A DNA stretch of 64,000 nucleotides from an uncultured Spirochaetota bacterium (GTDB taxonomy: Bacteria; Spirochaetota; Spirochaetia; SZUA-6; Fen-1364), in assembly GCA_963745235.1 (NCBI GenBank), contig CAVUXE010000046.1:1-64000 (forward strand). The letters run 5' to 3'. Below, one piece after another: positions 45,901-56,719 of the stretch. The position numbers were made by a program, and so were the translations under genes. The notes beneath the pieces were generated by a model. The model made no database searches and had not been told where the DNA came from. It was given only the letters and a program-made list of their open reading frames with translations. Numbering within the stretch: position 1 is the stretch's first letter; every line of letters begins with the position of its first letter.

Positions 45901-48900
45901 TGAGCTGGACCGTAGCGCAGGAGATCGACGGGACAGGTGGGTTCGGAACCTCGGTTTCCATGAGCGGGCAGCTCGCGGTTGTCGGCGCGCCGCAGGCTAT
46001 TGGCGGCGACGGCGCGGCCTACGCGTACAGCGATCTCGGGAGGCGGCGGTCTCACCGCGCTGGGCGGCGCCCTGACGGCTTCGAACGGCGCATCCGGCGA
46101 CCTCTTCGGCCAGGCGGTCTCGGTGAGCGGCGGCTACGCGGTAGTCGGCGCCCCGGGTGTGGGCTCCAGCGAGGGGGCGGCCTACGTCTTCCTGGATTCC
46201 GCCGGAAGCTGGGCCCAGGTGCAGGAGCTGAGCGTTGCGCCGAATCCCTCCAACATCGGGCCTCCCAACGACTCCTTCGGAAGCGCCGTGGCCATTTCGG
46301 GCCCGCGGATCGTCATAGGCGCGCCCCTGCGTGACGTGACGACCGCGGTGGGCGGCGTGCCCACGACGGCTCAGGACGAAGGCGCCGCGTTCGTCTTCAG
46401 CCTGACAGGCGGCCAGTGGGGCCTGGAGACGGTGGTTGCCCCGCTCACCGGCTCGGATGCCGCGGCGGGAGACAACGTGGGCTACGCGGTGGCGGTCAGC
46501 GGGGACTTCGTGGTTGCCGGCGCGCCGCAGCTTGCCGGGCGGACGGCGTACAACAGCACCCCGGGGGTGATCAACACCTCGGGAGCCGGCTACGCCTACC
46601 TGCGAAGCGTCTCGCCCCCGACAACCGTGACCTACCCGGAGACACAGCAGACGCTCATCGACGGCGCTCAGGCCAACACGATCTCGGGCACCATCGGCGG
46701 GCTGGCAATGTCCACCGTGGAGTTCTTCGATGTCCCCAGCTTCACTATCAGCACGGGCAACGCTCCCAGCACCGTGACCATCGGCCCCGCCGGCCTGACC
46801 GCGTACGGCCTGGAGAACTTCAGCGTAAACGCGGGCTCGGCAAGCACCACGCTGGTGCTGCAAAGCCCGAACCTGACGCCGCCCCTTGTCGGTCAGTACG
46901 TGCCCACGGGGGATTTCAACGGCGCATCCTCCGGAAGCGCGCTGCCTCCGGGCGCGGGCTACATGCAGGTGACCGGGGCCTTCACGTTCAACGGCGTCGG
47001 CTCCAATACCGTGGTGGCCAGCGCGGACACCGACTGGACGCTGGACGGGACCACGCTCACCGGCGGCACCGGGGGGAACATCGTCCTGAGCGGCGTCCAG
47101 AACGTGCAGCTCATCGGCGGACCGAGCTCCAACCGCATCACCGTGGTGAGCTGGGCCGGCTCCGTCCTGGTCGACGGCAGGGGCGGGTCGGATCAGATCA
47201 CCGTGTATGCCGGGGCAGTGGCCAACTGGACGGTCAGCGAGACGACGGGCGGCCCCGCGGACCAGAACCAGCTCACCGTCATTGGCGGCGCCGGACCCAA
47301 CTCGTTCACCGTCACATCGGGTGAGATCTTCCTGGGAACGCAGGGATTCAGCTACAGCGGCATCCAGATCCTGAAGATCCTCGGCGGCCCGGGCAATGAC
47401 TCGCTGACGGTGGATGGCTCGAGCGCGGGCACCGTCATGCTGGACGGCGCCGCCGGGTCGGACACGTACACGGTTGCCGGCACTGGTTCTTTTGACGTGT
47501 GGGTGAGCGACAGCGGTCCCGGCCCCGCCCAGGGGGACACGGACACCCTGCGCGTTCCCGCAAACAGCGTCTCCGAAACGGCGGTGGGCGGCTTCTTCCG
47601 GCTCGTGTCGGGCGGCACGACCATCTATTACGACACGAGCATCGAGAAAGTGGAGCAGAACGCGGTGTCGCCCATCCTCACCGTTCAGGGCACGGGCGGG
47701 AATGACACCTTCACCGTCAACGGCTCGGTTCTGACTTTCAACTCGTTCGTGATCGACCTCACCTCGGTCACGCAGCTCACCATCGATGAAAATGGCGGCA
47801 ACGACACGATCACGGTCCTGGGAGTGCTGCCCACCCTGACATCGTTCGTCATCAACGGGGGCAGCGGCACCACGACGCTGGTGGGACCGAACGACCCGAC
47901 TACCTGGACCATAACGGGCCAGAACGCCGGCTCGGTTGGCGTGGGCAACTCGCAGGGAGGCACGCTGATGGTCTCTTTCACGAACGTGCAGAACCTGAGC
48001 GGCGGCGCGGGGTCCAACACGTTCGCGTTTGTCGGAGACTCCGCGGGCATCACCGGCAGCCTGGATGGAGGGGGCGGGCCGAACGTGATGAGCTGGTCCG
48101 GGCGATCGACCGGGGTAGCAGTGGATCTCGCTTCGGGCACGGTGACGGGTGTGGGCGGACAAGTCATGGATGTCCAAACATTCATCGCGGCAGGCGGAAG
48201 CGGGAACACGTTCATTGGCCCTGATGCCGACGCAACGTGGAACATCGACGGGACGAACAGCGGCATGCTCCTCAGCGGCGCCTCGACCTTCACCTTCGAG
48301 GGCTTCCAGAACCTGGTGGGCGGCGCGGGCTCCGATAGCTTCGCGCTCCTGCCCGGAGGATCCGTGAGCGGAGTCGTGGACGGCGGAGGCGGCGCGAACT
48401 CTCTTACTCTCTCCCCGGCGCAGCCGGATGAGGTCATTGGGGTGACCGCCACGATGGTCACGGTGGACGGCGCGGAGACGAGCTACGCGAACATCCAGGT
48501 GCTGAATGTCAGCGCGCTCGGCGGCTCCGACCAGGTCACCGTAGATCCCAGCGGAGCCGGCTTCCCCTCCTCGGTCAACATCGCCACGAGCGGCGTGGCT
48601 GACACCATCACGGTGGACCTTGCGCCGACCACGGCGACGACGATCAATATCAGCGCTGTCTCGCTTTCCACGGACACCCTCATCATCCAGGGTGCCTCCA
48701 CCCCGGATCCCGTCCTTGTCACGGACCCTCTGATCCAGTTCGACTCCCTGCAGGTGACTTTCACCAACGTGGAGAACCTCACGATCAACGGCGCGGCCGG
48801 GAATGACTCCATCACGCTCGTCGGCCCGATCGTCCCCGGGACCCTTTCGGTGAATGCGGGAACGGGTGACGTGATCGTCAACGTTGGAAGCCCTGCCATC

Positions 48901-51900
48901 GGTTCCGGCGGGACAGCAGGTGGAATTGCCTCACAGCTCATTCTGAACGGCGGCCCCGGCAACGACACGCTGAACATCGATGACTCGGGCGATACTGCCT
49001 TCACGAATGTCCAGCTTACCGCCACCGCGGTGGTTGGCCTGGGGAGCGTCATCCAGTACTCCGGCTTCGCCACCGTGAACGTGGCCTTCGGCTCATCGGT
49101 GAGCAGCCTGGTCATCGCCAGCACGGACGCGGGCATCACCAACGTATATGGGGGAGCAGGGACCGCCGTTGAGACAATCCAGTCCACCGGAGGACAGCTG
49201 ACACTGTATACCGGGGACGGGAACGACACGGTGAACGTGCAGTCCATCGGCGCTCCGGCAACCATCAGCCTCGGAGCGGGAAATGACACGGTGAACGTTG
49301 GGAGCCTGGACCCGGGGACCGGCGGAGTGGTGAGCGGGATAAGCGCTCTGCTGACCGTCAGCGGCGGCTCGGGGACTGACACACTGGTCATCGATGACTC
49401 CGGTGACGCGGCCCCGACAACCGGAACCCTCACCAACACCACCCTGGCCGGGCTGGGGATGGCAGGAAGCATATACTACCAGGGCATCGCGAACCTGACG
49501 ATTTCGCTCGGCTCGGGCGCGAACACGTTCGCGATCCTCAGCAACGACTCACAGTCCACGACCGTTGACGGCGGCGCGGGGAATGACACGTTCACGATAG
49601 CGGCAACCGCGGGAACGCAGGTCCCCGCCAGCGGTCCTTTGTTCGTGGATACCGGTAACGGGAACGACGCGGTGAACGTGCAATCCATCGGCGCTCCGGC
49701 AACCATCAGCCTCGGAGCGGGAAATGACACGGTCACGGTGGGAAGTCTTGCCCCGGGGACCGGCGGAGTGGTGAGCGGGATAAGCGCTCTGCTGACTGTG
49801 AGCGGCGGCTCGGGGACTGACACACTGGTCATCGATGACTCCGGTGACGCGGCCCCGACAACCGGAACCCTCACCAACACCACCCTGACCGGACTGGGGA
49901 TGGCGGGAAGCATCTACTACCAGGGGATCGCGAGCCTCCTGGTTGCGCTTGGTTCTGGCGTGAACACCTTCACGATCCTCAGCAACGACTCGCAGTCCAC
50001 GACTGTTGACGGAGGCGCGGGGAATGACACCTTCACGATAGCGGCCACTGCGGGAACGCAGGCCTCCGCCAGCGGGCCCCTGTTCGTGAATACCGGCAAC
50101 GGGAACGACACGGTGAACGTGCAGTCCATCGGCGCTCCGGCAACCATCAGCCTCGGAGCGGGAAATGACTCGGTGAACGTTGGGAGCCTGGCCCCCGCCT
50201 CGGGCGGAACGCTCGGCGGGATCACCGCGCTCCTCACTGTCAACGGCGGCTCAGGGACTGACACACTGGTCATCGATGATTCCGGTGACGCAACCGCGGC
50301 AACCGGATCGCTCACCAACACCACTCTGACCGGGCTGGGAATGGCGGGAGGCATTTACTACCAGGGGATTGCGAACCTCCTGGTCGCGCTTGGTTCTGGC
50401 GGGAACACCTTCACGATCCTCAGCAACGACTCGCAGTCCACGACTGTTGACGGAGGCGCGGGGAATGACACCTTCACGATAGCGGCCACCGCGGGAATGC
50501 AAGCCCCCGCCAGCGGGCCCCTTTTCGTGAACACCGGTAGCGGCGTTGACATGGTGACGATCCTCTCCACCAGCGGACCGGTCACTGTTACGACCGGCAG
50601 CGGCAACGACGCGGTGAGCGTGCAATCCATCGGCGCTGCGGCAACCATCATCCTGGGAGCCGGCACTGACACGGTCACGGTGGGAAGTCTTGCCCCAGCC
50701 ACAGGCGGTGTGGTGAGCGGGATAAGCGCCCTGCTGACTGTCAACGGCGGCACGGGGACTGATACCCTGGTCATCGATGACTCGGGTGACGCGGCCCCGA
50801 CAACCGGAACTCTCACCAACACCACCCTGGCCGGGCTGGGGATGGCGGGAAGCATCTACTACCAGGCTATTGCGAACCTGACGATTTCACTTGGTTCAGG
50901 CGGGAACACCTTCGCGATCCTCAGCAACGACTCGCAGTCCACGATCGTCGACGGCGGCGCGGGGAATGACACGTTCACGATAGCGGCAACCGCGGGAACG
51001 CAGGCCCCCGCCAGCGGGCCCCTGTTCGTGAACACCGGCAACGGTGTTGACATCGTTACGATCCTCTCCACGAGCGGACCGGTCACTGTCACGACCGGCA
51101 GCGGCAACGACCTCGTGAACGTGCAGTCCATCGGCGCCCAGGTAACCATCAGCCTCGGAGCCGGCACCGACACGGTCATGGTGGGAAGTCTTGCCCCAGC
51201 CATAGGCGGCGTGGTGAGCGGGATAAGCGCTCTGCTGACCGTCAGCGGCGGTTCGGGGACCGACACACTGGTCATCGATGATTCGGGTGACACGGCGCCG
51301 CAGCCCCTGGTTCTTGGCAACGATCATATCGGCGGGCTGGGCATGGCAGAGGGGATCGACTTCTCCTCAATCGCCAGCCTCGTTCTCCTGCTTGGATCGG
51401 GGGCAACAGACATCACCATCATCGGGACGCCGTCGGGCACCACGACAACCCTGACCCTTGGCCCGGGCAACGACACGGTGAACATCCAGGCAACCGAAGG
51501 CGCCCTGGATGTCATAACGGGAGCCGGAGCGGACACCATCAACATCTCCTCCGACGCGCCGGCGGACAGCGGGACCCTGGCCGGCATCCTCGGCGCGGTC
51601 ACCATTGACGCCGCGCGGGGTATGGCCACGCTGAATGTCAGCGATTCGGGAGACACGCTGCCGTCCCCCAACGTGATCATCACAGCCACCTCGATCACGG
51701 GACTCTCCCCCGCTGCCATCACTTATGTCACGAGCGGCGGGACTTTCAACGGCGGTGTCAATATCTCCGCCGGTTCGGGCGGCAACACCATCGTGATCCA
51801 GTCCACGAATCACGACCCCGGCACCACCACCACGGTCTGGTCCGGCAACGGCTCGGACACCGTCACGGTGACGGAGACCGACCCGACGTCCCTGGTGATC

Positions 51901-54075
51901 AACGGACAGGCTGGAAACGACGTGATCGATGCCACGGCTACAACAACGGGCGTGACGATCACGGACGGGAACGGGAATGACGTCATCCTCGGCGGTTCGG
52001 GGAATGACACCATCACGGCGGGCAACGGAAACGACCAGATCATCGGCGGCCTCGGGTCCAACACTATCACCGCGGGCAACGGAAACGACATCGTGATTGG
52101 CGCGGACGGGGAAGTTGTGCGGGTGGGCGGCCAGGTCGTCCTGGTGGAGTCCACCAGCGGGACGGAGGGCGGGAGCAACGTGATCACCGTGGGCAGCGGC
52201 AACGACGTGATCATTGGCGGCCCGGGAAACAACACAATTTCGGCAAACGGCGGACTGGCAACGCAGGATATCGTGCTCGGCCACGACGGCTACGTCACCT
52301 TCGGAGGAACGGCAAGCTTCGGTCCGGGGGAGGCCGGCTCGACGATGAGCTTCAACTTCGTCGACTCTTCCGAGGCCTATGTGAGCGGAGTGTTTGGAGC
52401 TCCCGGTGCGGCAGCAGGAGACTGGAACAACCTCGACGGCCTCTCCGGAACCTACGGTGCTTCCCCCGGTCAGTCCGCGCTGCTGAGCAACGGCGGCTCC
52501 GCCCCTGGTGTCACGGTCCAATGGAATGCGGCCCAGGGAAATGAGGTCACGGCGGCCACCGTGAGCGGGCTGTCATACTACTACGCTTCCTACAACGTGT
52601 ACGTCTACCTTGGCGGTGACGGCTCGGCGCCTTCGAGCGCCGTGAGCGACGGTTCGACCACCTACTACGTCACTGACGCCCAAGGCCGCAGCTTCTGCGG
52701 GACCCTGATCCAGGTGACATCGACGAACCCGAGCGCGCCGGGAGTCGGCAACTATGTCGTGTTCAGCGCTCTGACAGGAAACAGCTTCACAATCAGCGCG
52801 TCGAGCACCGCTTCCGGCGCCGGGCGCCACCAGGCCGCGGGGATGGCGGGCCTTCAGATCGTGGGCCAGAGCCAGCCGATCGACAGGATTGCCACGACGC
52901 TTCCGACGGTAGGCGGCAACGACACCATCATCCTTGCCGGCGGCTCGAACATTGTCTTCGGCGGCGCAGGCAACAATACGATCACCATCGGCGGGGCGGG
53001 CAGCAACATCGTGGCGGGCGGCAACGCCGAGGCCACGCTCGTCAAGGGCTCCGTTCGCTCCGTGCAGACCACGGATCCCGAGGTGGCCGGCAATGACGTG
53101 ATCACCACCGGCGCGGGAGCGGACATCATCTTCGGTGGCAGCGGCAACGACATGCTGAGCGCCGGGGCAGGCAACAACGTGGCGTTCGCGGACAACGCCG
53201 AGGTGACCTTCTTCCCCGCCGGCCAGCTGGGGATCCAGCTCCTGTTCCCGGCCTACGGCGGCAATGACACGGTGATTGTCGGCTCCGGCACGAACCTCTT
53301 CTTCGACCAGGCGGGCAGCGTCCGCTACATTTTCCCGGCCGGCGTCAGTGGCAGCGACACGATCGTGGAAGCGGGCTCCTGCGACTGCGCTGCCCAGGGG
53401 GCTCGGCACGACACATTTGATTTCAGCGGGTTTGGGGCTCCGATCGGCATCGACTACGGCGTGACGCAGACCCACTTTGTCGGCGGGAGCTCCGCCACCG
53501 CACCTCAGCTGGCGGTAACCGTCTCCAACCCGGGCAGCGTCGAGCAGGTCATCTCGACCGCGCGGGACCAGATCCTGATCGGTTTCTTCGACGTCGACAG
53601 CATGACCCACGGGAAGGCCCCGGCGGGCCTCTACGACGCGCACCATGATGAGGATGCCTCCCTGGCGGTGATCGTGAACGCCGGGGCGGGCGATGACCTT
53701 CTCACTGTGGCCAGCGCCGGGTGCGACGACATCACGGTGGCGGGCGGATCGACATCGACCACGCCCTGGTCTCTTGCAGTCGAGGATCCCAGCCTCGTTG
53801 TGATCAATACCGCGGATGCCGGCGCCGTCGTGAAGACAGGCGGCCTGCGCCGCGACCAGCTCGGGGACCTTATCGTGAACAAGGGTGCCGCGGCCACGAA
53901 TCCGCCTCCCTCGCAGCCGGACCACGACCAGTCCGGATGCGGCGACGGCTCATGCGATCCCGGCGATGGTTCGGGCAACTTTTGCGGCCTCGGCTTCACG
54001 GTGACCGGGTTTGCCAGCCCGACCATGAGCCTCCTCACCGCGGCGGATGAGGACCAGCGGAGCTTCGATCAGTAA
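21921..54075 (+). CDS. Giant LEPR-XLL domain repetitive adhesin (~10,716 aa when four +1 frameshifts are repaired)
   Basis: N-terminus 'FQLEQLEPRLLLSA', no Sec signal. ORFs 21921, 30145, 40955, 43098 and 45979 step +1 each time with continuous protein character across each junction. (32155-4)/3 = 10717 codons including the stop. Confidence 0.88.
24500..30100 (+). repeat. ~365-aa diverged protein repeats ('AFNTVGW..N.L...DALLG' x6, with 'YEYMG..DL...NY.D..W' module x5)
   Basis: AFNxxG motif at ~24530, 25640, 26700, 27815, 28910 and 30000 (~1.1-kb period; W follows in the first five). Confidence 0.85.
42730..46600 (+). repeat. FG-GAP (integrin-alpha-like beta-propeller) repeat region
   Basis: More than a dozen 'FGxSVAISGxxxVVGAP....GAxYVF' units. 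Confidence 0.88.
49220..51290 (+). repeat. Tandem 441/441/501/501-bp repeats plus a partial unit with RTX-like GGAGND motifs
   Basis: 'GND(T/A/L)V(N/S)VQSIGA' units start at 49220, 49661, 50102, 50603 and 51104 with high nucleotide identity. Confidence 0.92.
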
Positions 54076-54710
54076 TTGAACGGCGCAGGCGGCTTTGGGC
54101 CGGGCGGGGTGAACCCGTAGTCCACGCCGGCGAGGACCGCGAGCCTCAAGCGGCGGGTCGGCGGCAGGGGATCGACGAACATCATCACGGGGAGGGAGAC
54201 GCCTCCAAAGGAGAACCTCCATCCAACCGCGTAGACGATGGAAGGGGCGAGGGAGACGCCGCTGCCATCGTCGGCAAGCTCGAGTTGCGGCCCGAGGCCG
54301 GCCTCCAGGCCGAAAGGAGTTGTCGCTCCCAGGAGAAGGTCGAGAACCGGGAGCGCAAAGTTCTGATCCAGCCCGACCACCGTGAGGAGCTGGCTGAAAT
54401 AAAGGTGAAAGCCGGTCTGGGCAAGAGGCACCTGCTCCGACAGGTCCACGCCGATCTGGCTGTAGACTGGGAAGTATGTGTGCCCGCTGGGAAAGATACG
54501 CTGGACCGTGTCGTTGAAGTCTGAGGGTTGCGCAATCTCGCCGCCAACCCCGACCCTGGGCCCCAGGTAGAGCCAGGGAGAGCGCGGCGGCGACGGCTCG
54601 GCCTGCGCCGGGGCGGTCCCTCCCTCGTCCTGCGCCCAGGCGATGCCGGGTTCAGCTGCCAGGATAACCCCCAGGAAAGCAATCAGCCCCACGAATCGCC
54701 AGAGTTTCAT
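54069..54710 (-). CDS. Secreted protein with amphipathic beta-strands (putative small outer-membrane barrel); last gene of the export operon
   Basis: Signal peptide '...GIAWA|Q', 'WLYLGPRVGVGG', 'IVYAVGWRFSFG', aromatic C-terminus 'FNY'. It starts 16 bp after the secA-like stop with a purine-rich SD. Confidence 0.7.
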   Translation of the reverse strand: MKLWRFVGLIAFLGVILAAEPGIAWAQDEGGTAPAQAEPSPPRSPWLYLGPRVGVGGEIAQPSDFNDTVQRIFPSGHTYFPVYSQIGVDLSEQVPLAQTGFHLYFSQLLTVVGLDQNFALPVLDLLLGATTPFGLEAGLGPQLELADDGSGVSLAPSIVYAVGWRFSFGGVSLPVMMFVDPLPPTRRLRLAVLAGVDYGFTPPGPKPPAPFNY

Positions 54711-54726
54711 TCTTATTTCCCTTCCT

Positions 54727-56715
54727 TCATACTATGTCCCGACGCGCAAACGACAGGGAGTCATCCAGCCAGGTATCCATCCGCAGCACTGACCGCCTGC
54801 GGGCCGCGGCAAGCCGCTGGGCGAGCGCCTGGGCCAGGCGCGCCGCACCCGTGGCCTGAAGCCCGGCCCCGGGGAGCCTCCCCCGCAGCTGCGCCCCGAT
54901 GAGCAACCGCGCGGGGCGCGGGATGAATCTCCGCACTACCTCGTCCTCCAGGCTCATGTACAGGCGCGCGCTGCCGGGGTCCCCCTGGCGGGCGGCTCGG
55001 CCGAAGAGCTGCCTATCGATCCTCGACGACTCGTTGCATTCGGCGACGATCACGTGGAGGCCGCCGCGCCCTGCCACGCCGTTGCCCAGGCGGATGTCCG
55101 TGCCGCGTCCGGCCATGTTGGTGGCGATGGTGACAGCCCCCGGCGCTCCGGCGAGGGTGACGATCCCTGCCTCCTCACGATGGCGAACCGCGTTCAGGAG
55201 CCGGTGCGGGAGCCGGAGGGCGTCCAGTCTCCGGGAAAGCGACTCGCTGTCCTTGACGCTGCGAGTGCCCACCAGGACTGGACGGTCTTCGCGGTGAAGC
55301 ATCTGCACTTCGTCGATCACTGCCCGCCATTTCGACTGCGAGTCCGCGTAGGCGCGCGACGGGAAGAGCTGTCGCCGGGATGGCCGGTTCTCCGGCAGCG
55401 TGATGGTCGGAAGCTCGTAGATTGTCCACATCTCATCCGCGACCTCCCGAGCCGTCCCGGTCATTCCCGCAAGCCTGTGAAAAAAGCGATAGAAGCGCTG
55501 GAAGCTCAGGCGTGCCAGGGTCTCGGTGGGAGGGGTCAGGGGAAGGTTCTCCTGGGCCTCGATGAGCTGGTGCAACCCGAACCGCCACGTGCGTTGGGGC
55601 ATCTGTCGCCCGGTGAACTCGTCAACGATCACCACCTTCCCGTCCTGGATGACGTACTGGTGATCGCGATGGAAAAACTCACGGGCCGTCAGGGCCTGCT
55701 CCACGAGGTCCATGTAGCCGCCAAGCCCTCGATAGCGCGCTCCCGATTGTTCCACGAGCTTTCCCAGCCGATCCGAGAGCCGCGGAGACAGCTCGATCTC
55801 CTTGCGGCGCTCGTCCACCGTGTAGTCCGCGTTCCGTTCCAGCCCGGCGCTCACCGCGTGCGCAATCTCGCATGCTTCCAGGAAGAGGTCGTTCGGAAGG
55901 GAGTGCGAGATGACGAGCGGTGTCACCGCTTCGTCGATCAGTATGCTGTCCGCTTCGTCCACGATGGCGTAGTGGATGCCGCGCATGACGAGACCCTTCT
56001 CGATCTCAGCCTGCCTGCCGAGGAGTGCGGAGATCTGGCGCCGTCCGGCGTTCTGAAGATTGCCCAGCCAGAGACGGTCCCGCAGGAAATCCGCCACGAT
56101 CTCCTTGTTCGTCGTGTAGGTGACGTCCATGCGGTAGGCGTCCCGGCGAGCGTCGCGCCCCATGGGTCCCGTCACGCAGCCCACCGACAGCCCGCTGAAC
56201 CTGTACAGCGGGGCCATCCAGCGCGCGTCACGCTCCGCCAGGTAGTCGTTGACGGTGATGATATGGCAGGGGAGGCCGGCCCAGCCGCGGATCACCGCGG
56301 CAAGCGACGCGGTGATCGTCTTTCCTTCGCCCGTGGCCATCTCCACGAGGTACCCCTCGTACAAGGCAAGCGAGCCCGCCAGCTGCACGGTGTACGGCCG
56401 CATCCCCAGGTGCCGTTCGGCCGCTTCCCGCAGCGCGGCGAGCGCCTTCGGCACGAGACTCTCACTGCGGTCCGGGCGACGCCTGAATTGCTCCTTGAGA
56501 TCGAAGAGCCGGCTCTTCAGGACGCCGTCCGTGAGGGATGCCCACGCAGGGGCTTCCTTGTCTATCTGCTCCGCCTTTGCGAGCATGAGCCCCACGTTGC
56601 CGGGTCCCCGGGCAAGCCAGCCCGCCAGGGCGAAGAGGCGGGCGTCCAGGCCCTGGTAGATGTCCCGCGGCCGGCGGATGTTCGTGCGGCGGTACTCATT
56701 GGTGGGCGTGCTCAT
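54727..56715 (-). CDS. Accessory truncated SecA (SecA_DEAD + PPXD + NBD2 only), 662 aa
   Basis: 'EMATGEGKT', 'TVNDYLAERD', 'IVDEADSILIDEA', 'IVDEFTGR', 'GMTGTA', 'IATNMAGRGTDI', 'RIDRQLFGRAARQGDPGS', 'SLED'. It ends ~60 aa later. The likely start is ATG 56715, 4 bp after the upstream stop. Confidence 0.93.
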   Translation of the reverse strand: MSTPTNEYRRTNIRRPRDIYQGLDARLFALAGWLARGPGNVGLMLAKAEQIDKEAPAWASLTDGVLKSRLFDLKEQFRRRPDRSESLVPKALAALREAAERHLGMRPYTVQLAGSLALYEGYLVEMATGEGKTITASLAAVIRGWAGLPCHIITVNDYLAERDARWMAPLYRFSGLSVGCVTGPMGRDARRDAYRMDVTYTTNKEIVADFLRDRLWLGNLQNAGRRQISALLGRQAEIEKGLVMRGIHYAIVDEADSILIDEAVTPLVISHSLPNDLFLEACEIAHAVSAGLERNADYTVDERRKEIELSPRLSDRLGKLVEQSGARYRGLGGYMDLVEQALTAREFFHRDHQYVIQDGKVVIVDEFTGRQMPQRTWRFGLHQLIEAQENLPLTPPTETLARLSFQRFYRFFHRLAGMTGTAREVADEMWTIYELPTITLPENRPSRRQLFPSRAYADSQSKWRAVIDEVQMLHREDRPVLVGTRSVKDSESLSRRLDALRLPHRLLNAVRHREEAGIVTLAGAPGAVTIATNMAGRGTDIRLGNGVAGRGGLHVIVAECNESSRIDRQLFGRAARQGDPGSARLYMSLEDEVVRRFIPRPARLLIGAQLRGRLPGAGLQATGAARLAQALAQRLAAARRRSVLRMDTWLDDSLSFARRDIV

Positions 56716-56719
56716 GGGT

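Noticed and set aside
30136-46035. Programmed ribosomal frameshifting or an alternative genetic code as the explanation for the split gene
   Set aside because: The breaks are frame changes, not in-frame stops, and lack classic slippery heptamers; single-base insertions explain them more simply.
22096-54050. Long minus-strand ORFs (up to 726 aa) within the LEPR-XLL gene
   Set aside because: Antisense shadows with no domain motifs.
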